A stretch of DNA of 51,543 nt from contig JAYGCN010000174.1 of the NCBI GenBank assembly GCA_046583315.1, positions 1 to 51,543 of the forward strand, written 5' to 3'. Numbering within the stretch: position 1 is the stretch's first letter; each line of letters begins with the position of its first letter. A program made the translations under genes and the position numbers. Origin of the DNA: Candidatus Hydrogenedentota bacterium. Its GTDB lineage: Bacteria > Hydrogenedentota > Hydrogenedentia > Hydrogenedentales > GCA-2746185. Below are positions 21,615-30,106 of this stretch, one piece after another. The notes under the pieces are model-generated. The model did not search any database, was not told the origin of the DNA, and saw only the letters and a list, made by a program, of their open reading frames with translations.

Positions 21615-22595
21615 CTATTTCTCCGGCCTGAGTCGTCTTACCTGGCGACGCGCGATTGCTGCCTTTGGGTTCTTGAGTACGGCATTGCGATATCCCTCGA
21701 AGGCACCTTCCCTATCCCCTGCGACCTCCTTCGCGATGGCTAACCAGTAATCCGTCTGCCATGACGTGCCCCCTGTCGAAGCCGCACGCTGCAGCAAATC
21801 GATCGCTTGCTGCCAATTCCCGATTTTGAGATACGCGAGACCCAATGCCTCAAGACGAGGCCCGGTCTGCTTGGTGGTATCCTCAAATTCGGCTTCAAAA
21901 CGAACAATGTCGTTTGCTGCTTTGACCTGTCCCGATATGAATTCGGGTGTATATTGTTCCGTTCCAGAATCACCGGAAACTGCACCAGGATGTTCAATAG
22001 TTCCAGCTACATCGCCGACTCTTTGCGCATGTTTGGCCAAATGGTAATGCGCCTCGGCATGATTTGGGGACGACTCTGCCAATTGTCAATACAATGCCTG
22101 CGCCTTTTCCGTATCGCCTGATTTTCGTGCCGCATGCGCCGTCAACAGGGCCACTTCGGTACTACGATCGGTCGGGGCGGTGTCGGCCGCGCGTTTGGCC
22201 CACACCAGCGCCTCAGGCGATTCAGCGTCCGCCTTCACAAGGCTCATCAGACGGGATATCGTGTAATCATCGGGCGACATTTTCCGGGATAACAGCTCCA
22301 AAAGATCGCGCGCTTCCATCCATTCGCCCAGCAAAAGATGACCCTCCGCCAACTGCAACGCGACTGCTTCGTTATCGGGCTCTATCCAGAGCCAAGCTTT
22401 GAGTTGTTTGGCCGCGACGGGAAAATCTTCGGCTTCCATTGCCGTCGCTACGTTGTTCTCATGAAAACGAACGGCTATGCTGTGAACGAGTTCCGGACCG
22501 ATGGACAATCCTGTTATTGAAAGCAATCCGAATAGGCCCAAGGCGGCGATCCATAAGACCCATTGAATTTTCGAAGGGCGCGGCGCGATCATCAT
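21615..22595 (-). pseudogene. Membrane-anchored TPR protein interrupted by an in-frame TGA (22088-22086)
   Basis: ORFs 22086..22595 and 21615..22082 are in the same frame. The read-through KAQALY*QLAESSPNHAEAHYHLA is one continuous TPR unit. Confidence 0.75.
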
Positions 22596-24061
22596 GGCGA
22601 AACTTCCTTTCGCCTCTGGGTATCGATATAGTCCTCACGAAAACCACTGTACGCTTGGGCAGGTTTTCCCTCTTCGTTGAGCAACTCCCGCATCGGTACG
22701 GCAAGTTCCAACGCCCGTATCATTTCTTCGTTTCCCTTCAAATGCGCGAGGTGCAACGCGGTCCAGCCACGAACATCCTGATGATTTATGTCGGCACCGG
22801 ACATGAGCAACACCTTCGTCGTGCGAACATGGTCTCCCGCCACGGCCGACATCAACGGACTCCAGCTGCTCAGTGGATCGTGGAGATTCACATCGGCACC
22901 GGCCGCGACGAGAGCCTCCATGAGTCCCGGTGTGTCCAGTCGGGAGGCATAATGAATCAACGCCATGCCCTGTTTGTCGATCTTATTGATAGAGACGGAT
23001 GCCGTGTTCAACAAGGACTCCACCTCACGCACGCGGCCGGCTTGTACTGCGGCACGCAGCATCGCGAATTGGTGGTCATCCTTCGAGTTTCCAAACAGCT
23101 TGGTCGGCGCATCAACCGGAAACACACGAAGCAGTCCCGTATGGTGGCGTTCCAATGCGACATCGAGCGGGGTGCGTCCCGATTTCGTCGTGACGCTCGC
23201 GTCGGCATGATTGTCGAGCAGGAGTTGAGCGAATTCGGCGTGACCCCGGTGGGCGGCTTGATGCAGGGGCGTATACCCGTTTCCATCCACAGAATTCACA
23301 TTGGCACCGGCCCCGATCAAGTACGCCGCGACGTCCAGGTGTCCCGTCGCGACCGCTACAGACAAGGGTGTCTGCCCAAGCCCGTCATCGATGTCAATTC
23401 CCGGGTTGTCAGCAAATAACTCTTGAATCAATTCAAGATGCCCACCAGAAGCGAGATGGTGCAGCACGGTCCATCCATTGAGGGGGTCCGACTCCGAAAG
23501 CGTGCGTCCTTGTCTAAGAAACAGGCGTAACATACCCGCGCTCCCCTGAGATGCGGCCTGAAAGAGAAAATCCATTTCATAATACTCGACCGTTTTTCCC
23601 TCGGGCAGATATTCCATGAAATACTCAATGTGCTCTGCGGCATCATGCCGAACGAGTCCATCCAGTATGTACATGAGGTAATCAAATCGTATGGATTCCG
23701 GTAGCGCCAAGTACATGTACGCAACCATCATGTTCTGGCGACTCTCCAGTGCCCCATCCAGTGGGGTTTCCGATGCCCGATTGATCAGGAGCGGATCGGC
23801 TCCTGCAGTGAGCAAGACCTGAGCCAGCCCTTTTCGCCGATACGTGACGGCGATGTGTAATGGGGTCTGTCCATCCGCGTAACGATAATTCGCGTAAACT
23901 CTGTCGCGCAGCTGATAGTTCACCTTTTGTACGTCCCCGTTCCTGATTCCTTCGAGAAGCTGGGTGGCTCGGTAATCATCTTGGGCAAAGCTTGACATCG
24001 AAACCAGCCAAAACAGGACGGCAACGCGAAAAAATATTCGTTTTGGGATCACACCTGTCAT
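22592..24061 (-). CDS. Secreted ankyrin-repeat protein
   Basis: Signal peptide and multiple ankyrin cores (GQTPLHIA, GWTVLHHLA, GQTPLSVA, GYTPLHQAA, GRTPLDVA, WSPLMSAV, GWTALHLA). Start ATG 24061 overlaps the upstream stop. Confidence 0.9.
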   Translation of the reverse strand: MTGVIPKRIFFRVAVLFWLVSMSSFAQDDYRATQLLEGIRNGDVQKVNYQLRDRVYANYRYADGQTPLHIAVTYRRKGLAQVLLTAGADPLLINRASETPLDGALESRQNMMVAYMYLALPESIRFDYLMYILDGLVRHDAAEHIEYFMEYLPEGKTVEYYEMDFLFQAASQGSAGMLRLFLRQGRTLSESDPLNGWTVLHHLASGGHLELIQELFADNPGIDIDDGLGQTPLSVAVATGHLDVAAYLIGAGANVNSVDGNGYTPLHQAAHRGHAEFAQLLLDNHADASVTTKSGRTPLDVALERHHTGLLRVFPVDAPTKLFGNSKDDHQFAMLRAAVQAGRVREVESLLNTASVSINKIDKQGMALIHYASRLDTPGLMEALVAAGADVNLHDPLSSWSPLMSAVAGDHVRTTKVLLMSGADINHQDVRGWTALHLAHLKGNEEMIRALELAVPMRELLNEEGKPAQAYSGFREDYIDTQRRKEVSP

Positions 24062-25002
24062 CGGCGCTGATCCGCAACGGACTGATGCCGCCAATAATCG
24101 AGCAACTCGTCCAGCAACGCCTCGAAGGGGGTCTTCGGAAGCCACCCGGTCAGCTGTGTAAATGCATTGTGATCGCCACGTACTACCTTCACGTCGGTGG
24201 GTCGAATGCGATCGGGATCGACGACAAGCTCAACCTCGACCGATGATCGGGATACCAAGGCATTGAGCGCATCGCGTATCATCACCGACGCGCCGGAGCA
24301 CACATTGTACACGGCGCCCGATTTTCCGTGACGCAGCGCCAATTCGTAGGCACAAACGACATCATCCACGTGCATGAAATCCCGCGAGATGTCAAGATTG
24401 CCCACGAGCATGCGCGCGGGCTGCAGACCTTTCTCCATCGCGACGATTTGTTTGGCAAAATTGGACAACACGAATGTGTCGGCCTGACCGGCACCGGAGT
24501 GATTGAAGGGGCGTATACGCAGGACATCGATTAATCCGCTCGTCGCGGCGTAGGCACAATACTGATCGGCGGCGGCCTTGGAAATGGCATAGGGATTCTG
24601 TGGATTCTGTGGATGTGATTCGTCAACGGGCAGTTCTTGAGGCGGGCCGTATACTTCCGAGGTACTGACAAACACCAGGCGCGCCTGCGGCGTATGACGC
24701 GCGATGGCCTGTGCCAGATGGATGGTGCCTCCGAGATTGACCTCCATCACAGCGACTGGATTCGCGTGGGCTTCTGGAATAAAGGTCATCGCGGCGAGAT
24801 GGATGATGCCATACAAGGGCGCGGCCCACTGAATCAGGTCATCGACGGATGCTCCATCAGCAATGTCGCAGACCCTATAATCAGCGCCACCGGGATCAGG
24901 CACTCTGTCGGATTCCAGTACGGCATACCCTTGTTCGCGAAGGGTACGAGTGAGTTTTTGGCCTACAAAACCGGGGGCCCCGGTAACCAGGATGCGTTTC
25001 AT
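24058..25002 (-). CDS. NAD-dependent sugar epimerase/dehydratase, GDP-4-keto-6-deoxy-D-mannose reductase (Rmd)/Gmd-like
   Basis: ILVTGAPGFVG, HLAAMTF, STSEVYG, PYAISKAA (YxxxK), RPFNHSGAGQ, GNLDISRDF. Confidence 0.88.
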   Translation of the reverse strand: MKRILVTGAPGFVGQKLTRTLREQGYAVLESDRVPDPGGADYRVCDIADGASVDDLIQWAAPLYGIIHLAAMTFIPEAHANPVAVMEVNLGGTIHLAQAIARHTPQARLVFVSTSEVYGPPQELPVDESHPQNPQNPYAISKAAADQYCAYAATSGLIDVLRIRPFNHSGAGQADTFVLSNFAKQIVAMEKGLQPARMLVGNLDISRDFMHVDDVVCAYELALRHGKSGAVYNVCSGASVMIRDALNALVSRSSVEVELVVDPDRIRPTDVKVVRGDHNAFTQLTGWLPKTPFEALLDELLDYWRHQSVADQRR

Positions 25003-25181
25003 CCCTGCTCCATCATGAATTCAAAACCAGAACGTTACGTTGCGACAAGAAGAGTAACACAGGGATTCTCAGGATCGCCAATGCGGTCACTTCTTATGCG
25101 AAATTCCCACGACCAAAGAAAGGTGATATTCCCGGTCGGATCTCGTTAGAATGGTTTCCGTTACGGAGGAGGGTTATAGGA

Positions 25182-25458
25182 ATGAAGGTCATGGTCGACG
25201 TGTGTATCGTTCCATTGGGCGTGGGCGTATCGTTATCCGAATACATCGCCGCGTGCCAACGTGTCATCAATGCCTCCGGGCTCTCCTATCAGATGCATCC
25301 GTATGGCACGATTATCGAAGGCGTGTCATGAAGCGGTACACGAGATGGGTGCCCCGCGAATCAATACGACCATCAAAGCGGGCACGCGAACGGATCGAAA
25401 TCAGACGATGGAAGATAAAATGAACAGCGTACGCGACAAGTTGTCATCGGGTCAGTGA
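25182..25458 (+). pseudogene. MTH1187/YkoF-like thiamine-binding protein, frameshifted by an internal deletion
   Basis: The first frame (25182-25331) reads MKVMVDVCIVPLGVGVSLSEYIAACQ..HPYGTIIEG. A second frame continues KACHEAVHEMGAPRINTTIKAGTRTDRNQTMEDK. The family's 'EWDEV....' segment is missing. GGAGG lies upstream. Confidence 0.85.
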
Positions 25459-28400
25459 TGACGTCTCGAATCGCGCCCATCGTTCGAAGCGTCGTTCTTG
25501 GACTCGCCGCCTGCGGGTTCTTCAATCCCACTGTGTGCGCAGAACCCTATCTCGTGATCACCGAAGGCCAATCGGCCCAACGCATACCCACCGGAGCCCA
25601 TCTGCATGCCGTCGATCTCGACGCACAACACGTCACCAAGGGCATACTGATTTCCGAGCGAACATTCGAGCGCCCCTGGTTGATGACCAGAGGTGGAAAC
25701 CGTCTAACGGGACTGGGTATCGGGCATCGTCGCGGCCATTTCAATGAGCCGTGGACCAATTATTATCCGATCGAGGTTTCTACGGCACCCCTGCAGGCGA
25801 CATTCCCGTCCATCGATGACAATCGTACCCTTGTCGCGTATTTTCCGGGTTTCGATCCGGACACAGACTCCACACTGAACTGCATGATCCTCCGAGACGA
25901 TGAGGGTGGAATTCTCTCCTACAAGGTGAATGACAAGCGGATTGACATTCCGCTTGCTGGAATACCGGTGTACGCGACTCCGGGGAGCGATGGTACCTCT
26001 GCGGCGATCATCCTGCGGCGGCCCGAATCGGGCGATCTCGCCATCCAATGGTGTTCACTCACAGGCCCCCGACGCATCAGCCGGGCAATGCCCATGCCAT
26101 CCGGTAGTGGTCGGTACCGCGTGCGTATCGAAACCTCCACCTTGCTCGGAGACGGTCGGTTGCTGGTACTGGGCCTTTCGGGGTATAGCCTGGATGATGC
26201 GACCGGTGAACGTGAAGCCTGGGTAGAGGTCTGGGATTGGGAGGACCAGCGGTCGGTCGGTCAGGCGCATCGTCTCGAAGGTATTTGGATGCCCAACACG
26301 GTGAGCTTGTCCGCTGACGATGGTCGCTCGTGCTGGGCCATCACACACACACCGGGGCGATCCTTTGCCTACGCAACGCAGCTGACCATTGGTGAAACGT
26401 ATATCGAGACGGGACGGGTCTTTAGTTTTACAGGCGTGAACGGGCCTATCCATCTGGCTCATTCATTGAAAACGGCGGGTGAGATGGCGATCGCGGTTGG
26501 GCCAAGTATATTGGTATACGATACTTCCCATCAGCGACGAGACCAGTTTACCTTCGATTCGATGGTTACGGCCTTGCATTGGTCCGCTGACGGTTTAGTG
26601 GCGGGTCTGGGCAATCAATTGGTCCAACTGAATACCGACGGGGAGTCCGTGAAAAGCGTGAGAATCGCGACGGGGCGTGTGGTGGACATACGACCTCACC
26701 CGGACGCGGAGCTTTATGCACGCTTCCCCTTCGCGCTACCCGTTCCGCGCGTCATTCGCCAGATCACTTTTACGGAGAGTCGAATCGGGCATGAAGAATT
26801 TTCTGCCGGCTCTGCACTCACACGATTTGACCCGGCAACATTACCGGACTGGATAGTTCCTGCGAAACGACCTGCCAATAATCTTGGCTTGTCCATAGAT
26901 CCTTTACACTTCTCGACACTCAAAGAAATACCGGGCCAAACAGAGCTTCGGGGATTCGCGCCCTTCAACTACAATGGCGATGAATACACGCTCGAGACGC
27001 GATTTCAGATAAAGGTGCAGACCGCGCCTGCGCCTGCGGCAACCTTGCTGTGGGTACGCAATCCGGAGCGTATATCCTATCCCATTACCAGCGCGCGAAA
27101 CCCCTTCGCACGGCTAATTCATCACCTCGGTGCTTATCCGCATCTCTTTTTGCATGAAGAACTGGCGGAACCGGCCCAGATCGATTTGGGCCGTTTTGCG
27201 GGCATCGTTCTGACTTCGAACGACGCGGAGTACGGGATTTTTACGCGACAGGAATTGTTGGATTATGTTTCGCAGGGCGGGACCCTCATCTATCTCGCCA
27301 GTTCCGAGACGAATGCCAATGGCAACGAATCAGGACGATGGCTGGAATCGATGGGCATTCAGAGAGACCCCTCCCAACCAGTCAACGGAAAATTCGCTGC
27401 GCAATCTGCGAAGGGTCTGTTGCGTCATTGGGGTCTTGTGACGATTCGCAACGGCAGTACCCTAACCGTTAACGACATCAACAGCATATTGGTGCCGGAT
27501 CATACCGAATCTCAAAGCGCAATCATGGCGCAACGCACCTACGGTCTCGGAAGGGTCATCGTGCTCGCTTCGTCGACCCCTCTGGAAAATGAAGCCCTCA
27601 CCGAGCCCGGGCGATTACGTTTTGCAGAGGCTCTCTTCGCCTGGGTACGCGACACCGGATCAGGATTGGAGGATTTTGATCAAGACGGCATACCAGACCG
27701 CGTTGAAGACGCGAACCGGAACGGGAGACGTGATCCCGGTGAAAGCGATTTTGCCAAGGCCGATACCGACGACGATGGGATTCTTGATGGTCTCGAAGAC
27801 ATCAATCAGAATGGTTTCGTTGATGATGTGGAGACCCATCCGCTTCTTTCCGATACCGACGGAGACGGAATACCGGATGCGGCCGATCCGCAACCACTTC
27901 CGCCAGCCGGCACACCGTATATTGCCTCCGTCAGCCCCAACACCATGCCTGCCGAGGGAAGTCGATCGGTGATCATTGAGGGCCGGAATTTTTCGCCCAC
28001 CAGCGAGATATGGTTTGGTACACAGAAATCACCGGAGACCCGGGTGCTCAACCGGACCCAACTGGAAGCAATCGTTCCGCCCAAAGCCATGGACGCACCG
28101 GACACGGTCTCGCTGGAAATACGCAACGCAGACTTCACCGTGAGTTCATCATTGGATGGCGGATTTCGATACAGGTCCCGTTCTTCTGTTCCGCTCACAC
28201 TCCGATCGTTGAAGACGGTACGCGAACAGTACGGTATTTACACGATGCACACCCAGATTTTTCTACCGCCCAGCAATATCCAGATAGAGCATATCAGCTT
28301 CGTGCTTGAGAATGAACCCGCCGATGCGCTGGAGATGCTCAAAATCGTACCGGGACCTTTCAGTTCGGGCAATCAGTCAACCCCGATGAACGTGACGGAT

Positions 28401-28646
28401 CTGGGCGACGGTCGAAAGCTCATTTCGGTCGGCAATACTGGCTCCTTCCCCCGCGGCGTTCCCTTATTCGACGTTCAATGGCGGGTTAATCTCTTAGACC
28501 AATCTACCGGCACAGCCCATATTCGCCTGGTCAATAAAGTGCTTCACACACCTCATGACGGACAGGTCGATTCAAAGCAACGCACTGAAATGTCCTATGA
28601 CTTCCGTGTGACCCCTCTGATTCCACGCTTCGACGAGCAGAAATGA
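25455..28646 (+). CDS. Large secreted multidomain protein: beta-rich N-terminus, GATase1/DUF4350-like domain, Ca-binding DxDxDG repeats, IPT/TIG domain
   Basis: Signal peptide; LLDYVSQGGTLIY..GLGRVIVLASS; DFDQDGIPD / DTDDDGILD / DTDGDGIPD (about 27670-27895); PYIASVSPNTMPAEGSRSVIIEGRNF. Confidence 0.7.
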   Translation: MMTSRIAPIVRSVVLGLAACGFFNPTVCAEPYLVITEGQSAQRIPTGAHLHAVDLDAQHVTKGILISERTFERPWLMTRGGNRLTGLGIGHRRGHFNEPWTNYYPIEVSTAPLQATFPSIDDNRTLVAYFPGFDPDTDSTLNCMILRDDEGGILSYKVNDKRIDIPLAGIPVYATPGSDGTSAAIILRRPESGDLAIQWCSLTGPRRISRAMPMPSGSGRYRVRIETSTLLGDGRLLVLGLSGYSLDDATGEREAWVEVWDWEDQRSVGQAHRLEGIWMPNTVSLSADDGRSCWAITHTPGRSFAYATQLTIGETYIETGRVFSFTGVNGPIHLAHSLKTAGEMAIAVGPSILVYDTSHQRRDQFTFDSMVTALHWSADGLVAGLGNQLVQLNTDGESVKSVRIATGRVVDIRPHPDAELYARFPFALPVPRVIRQITFTESRIGHEEFSAGSALTRFDPATLPDWIVPAKRPANNLGLSIDPLHFSTLKEIPGQTELRGFAPFNYNGDEYTLETRFQIKVQTAPAPAATLLWVRNPERISYPITSARNPFARLIHHLGAYPHLFLHEELAEPAQIDLGRFAGIVLTSNDAEYGIFTRQELLDYVSQGGTLIYLASSETNANGNESGRWLESMGIQRDPSQPVNGKFAAQSAKGLLRHWGLVTIRNGSTLTVNDINSILVPDHTESQSAIMAQRTYGLGRVIVLASSTPLENEALTEPGRLRFAEALFAWVRDTGSGLEDFDQDGIPDRVEDANRNGRRDPGESDFAKADTDDDGILDGLEDINQNGFVDDVETHPLLSDTDGDGIPDAADPQPLPPAGTPYIASVSPNTMPAEGSRSVIIEGRNFSPTSEIWFGTQKSPETRVLNRTQLEAIVPPKAMDAPDTVSLEIRNADFTVSSSLDGGFRYRSRSSVPLTLRSLKTVREQYGIYTMHTQIFLPPSNIQIEHISFVLENEPADALEMLKIVPGPFSSGNQSTPMNVTDLGDGRKLISVGNTGSFPRGVPLFDVQWRVNLLDQSTGTAHIRLVNKVLHTPHDGQVDSKQRTEMSYDFRVTPLIPRFDEQK

Positions 28647-28649
28647 ACC

Positions 28650-29399
28650 ATGTGGACTCTCACGCTTAAAAACCTCATCTTTCCACTTTTCTGCAAGCAA
28701 TGCGGCATTCGGTTGCTCACGGAGGAAAATGGCTTTTTTTGTCCGACGTGTTGGGAATTGCCGACACGTATCGAAGCACCATTTTGTTCGCGCTGCGGAC
28801 GTCCTCACCCCAAGATTGCCGGCTTCGGACCGGTCACGAATTTCCCCTGCGCAGCGTGCAACGGCCTGAAACAAGAGACCCCCTACGAACGCGTTTATGG
28901 AGCAACCGTCTACGAAGGGGCGATGGCCGAAGCGGTGAAAATCCTGAAATTTTATGAGCGTCGCTGGATTGTCGATTCCATGATGGATGAACTCGACCCG
29001 TTTATCGACTCGACGATGGATACAGAGGCCTACACATTGATAACGCCCGTTCCGCTGCATCACATCCGGCTGCGTGACCGGGGGTTTAATCAGGCCCTGT
29101 TGCTGACCGAGGGCGTGGCGCACCATTTCCCGAATGCGGAGCTGTTTGAGGGCTTGCAGCGCATTCGACCTACCCGTGTACAGAGTCGACTCGCCAACCC
29201 GACCGAGCGTCAATCCAATGTGCGGGGTGCGTTCGCGGTGGATCAGGCGATAGACTTGACGGGCCATCGGATTCTGCTGATCGATGACGTGGTCACAACA
29301 GGCGGTACCGTCGCTGAATCTGCTCTGGCATTGAAACGTGCCGGAGCGACACGGGTTGATGTGCTTGCCTTCGCATTGACGGTTCAGGAGCAAGGATGA
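28650..29399 (+). CDS. comF: ComF family competence protein (double zinc ribbon + PRTase)
   Basis: CKQC..CPTC..CSRCG..CAAC, PVPLH..RLRDRGFNQA, ILLIDDVVTTGGT. Confidence 0.95.
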   Translation: MWTLTLKNLIFPLFCKQCGIRLLTEENGFFCPTCWELPTRIEAPFCSRCGRPHPKIAGFGPVTNFPCAACNGLKQETPYERVYGATVYEGAMAEAVKILKFYERRWIVDSMMDELDPFIDSTMDTEAYTLITPVPLHHIRLRDRGFNQALLLTEGVAHHFPNAELFEGLQRIRPTRVQSRLANPTERQSNVRGAFAVDQAIDLTGHRILLIDDVVTTGGTVAESALALKRAGATRVDVLAFALTVQEQG

Positions 29400-29468
29400 C
29401 CCTTGAATTCCTTTCGCGTATACTTAGGATAGAGTGCTTAGACAACAACAGCGAAGGAGGTGACGATC

Positions 29469-29693
29469 ATGGCGACAAAAGAATGCTTTGGTCAATTGGC
29501 CAATCTGAAAATAACGCTGAATAATTCTACACAGCGGCATTATCTTCGCAGGGATGACGAAAAACTCAAGGAATGCGACACCTGTAACTTGTTCACCAAA
29601 TGCATGTTTCTGAAATACAACGAGATCATTAAAGAGGTACTCGAAATCGCGGATGATGCGAACGAGCAAGGTAGAGCAAGGAGGCTGGGATAA
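29469..29693 (+). CDS. 74-aa four-cysteine microprotein (CFG...CxxCxxFxxC)
   Basis: Near-perfect SD AAGGAGGTGA before ATG 29469 and -10-like TATACT at 29419-29424. Sequence MATKECFGQL...KECDTCNLFTKCMF. Confidence 0.75.
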   Translation: MATKECFGQLANLKITLNNSTQRHYLRRDDEKLKECDTCNLFTKCMFLKYNEIIKEVLEIADDANEQGRARRLG

Positions 29694-29711
29694 GGGGATG
29701 GCGAAACGCGG

Positions 29712-29900
29712 CTACTTTATATCGGCGGTGAAACGTCCCATGAAGCCGGAAAATCCCTTGATTTGTTTTAAGTGCGGGTTGGATAGATCGAGTCGCTTGA
29801 GTTTTTTCTTGGCTTCGCCTTCATCTTTGGCGAACACGGTGCCAGACTCAATACTGTCTTCACGATCACGGAGAATAACGGTGTACTTGTATACCGACAC
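29712..29900 (-). CDS. 62-aa protein resembling the N-terminal domain of PilC/GspF platform proteins
   Basis: GTG start 6 nt after AAGGA. Sequence MSVYKYTVILRDREDSIESGTVFAKDEGEAKKKLKRLDLSNPHLKQIK matches the pattern M..Y.Y.....G...A....EA...L....L. Confidence 0.65.
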   Translation of the reverse strand: MSVYKYTVILRDREDSIESGTVFAKDEGEAKKKLKRLDLSNPHLKQIKGFSGFMGRFTADIK

Positions 29901-29995
29901 GGGCAATCCTTTCTTCAATGGCGACTCAGAACTAAAAGACACGAGAGAGTGTCCAAAAACAGAACAACTCCCAAATTCGTGGTATATTAAACCAC

Positions 29996-30046
29996 ATAAA
30001 CCCCGAATTATCAATATCTTAACAAATAAACCCAGAATTATCAATA
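29996..30046. repeat. 21-bp direct repeat ATAAACCC(C/A)GAATTATCAATA with 30-bp period, in an AT-rich divergent intergenic region
   Basis: Copies at 29996-30016 and 30026-30046 with one mismatch. The second overlaps a minus-strand TTGATA-17-TGtTAAGAT promoter. Confidence 0.9.
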
Positions 30047-30106
30047 GTTTCTGTAAATTTATTATTAGTAGTTTTCGTATTCGTGTCGATATCTCTCAGA
30101 TTTCAT

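Noticed and set aside
22086..22088. TGA as selenocysteine or genetic-code reassignment
   Set aside because: The position is in a TPR helix with no redox motif, and many intact genes here end in TGA.
22439..23419. 326-aa plus-strand ORF
   Set aside because: It is an antisense shadow of the ankyrin-repeat gene.
25003..25181. Possible TPP riboswitch upstream of the thiamine-binding-family gene
   Set aside because: CTGAGA occurs only on the opposite strand and the other TPP core elements are not evident. A cmscan run would settle it.
29996..30046. Direct repeats as a mini-CRISPR or iteron array
   Set aside because: Only two copies with a 9-nt gap, and no cas or rep gene in the window.
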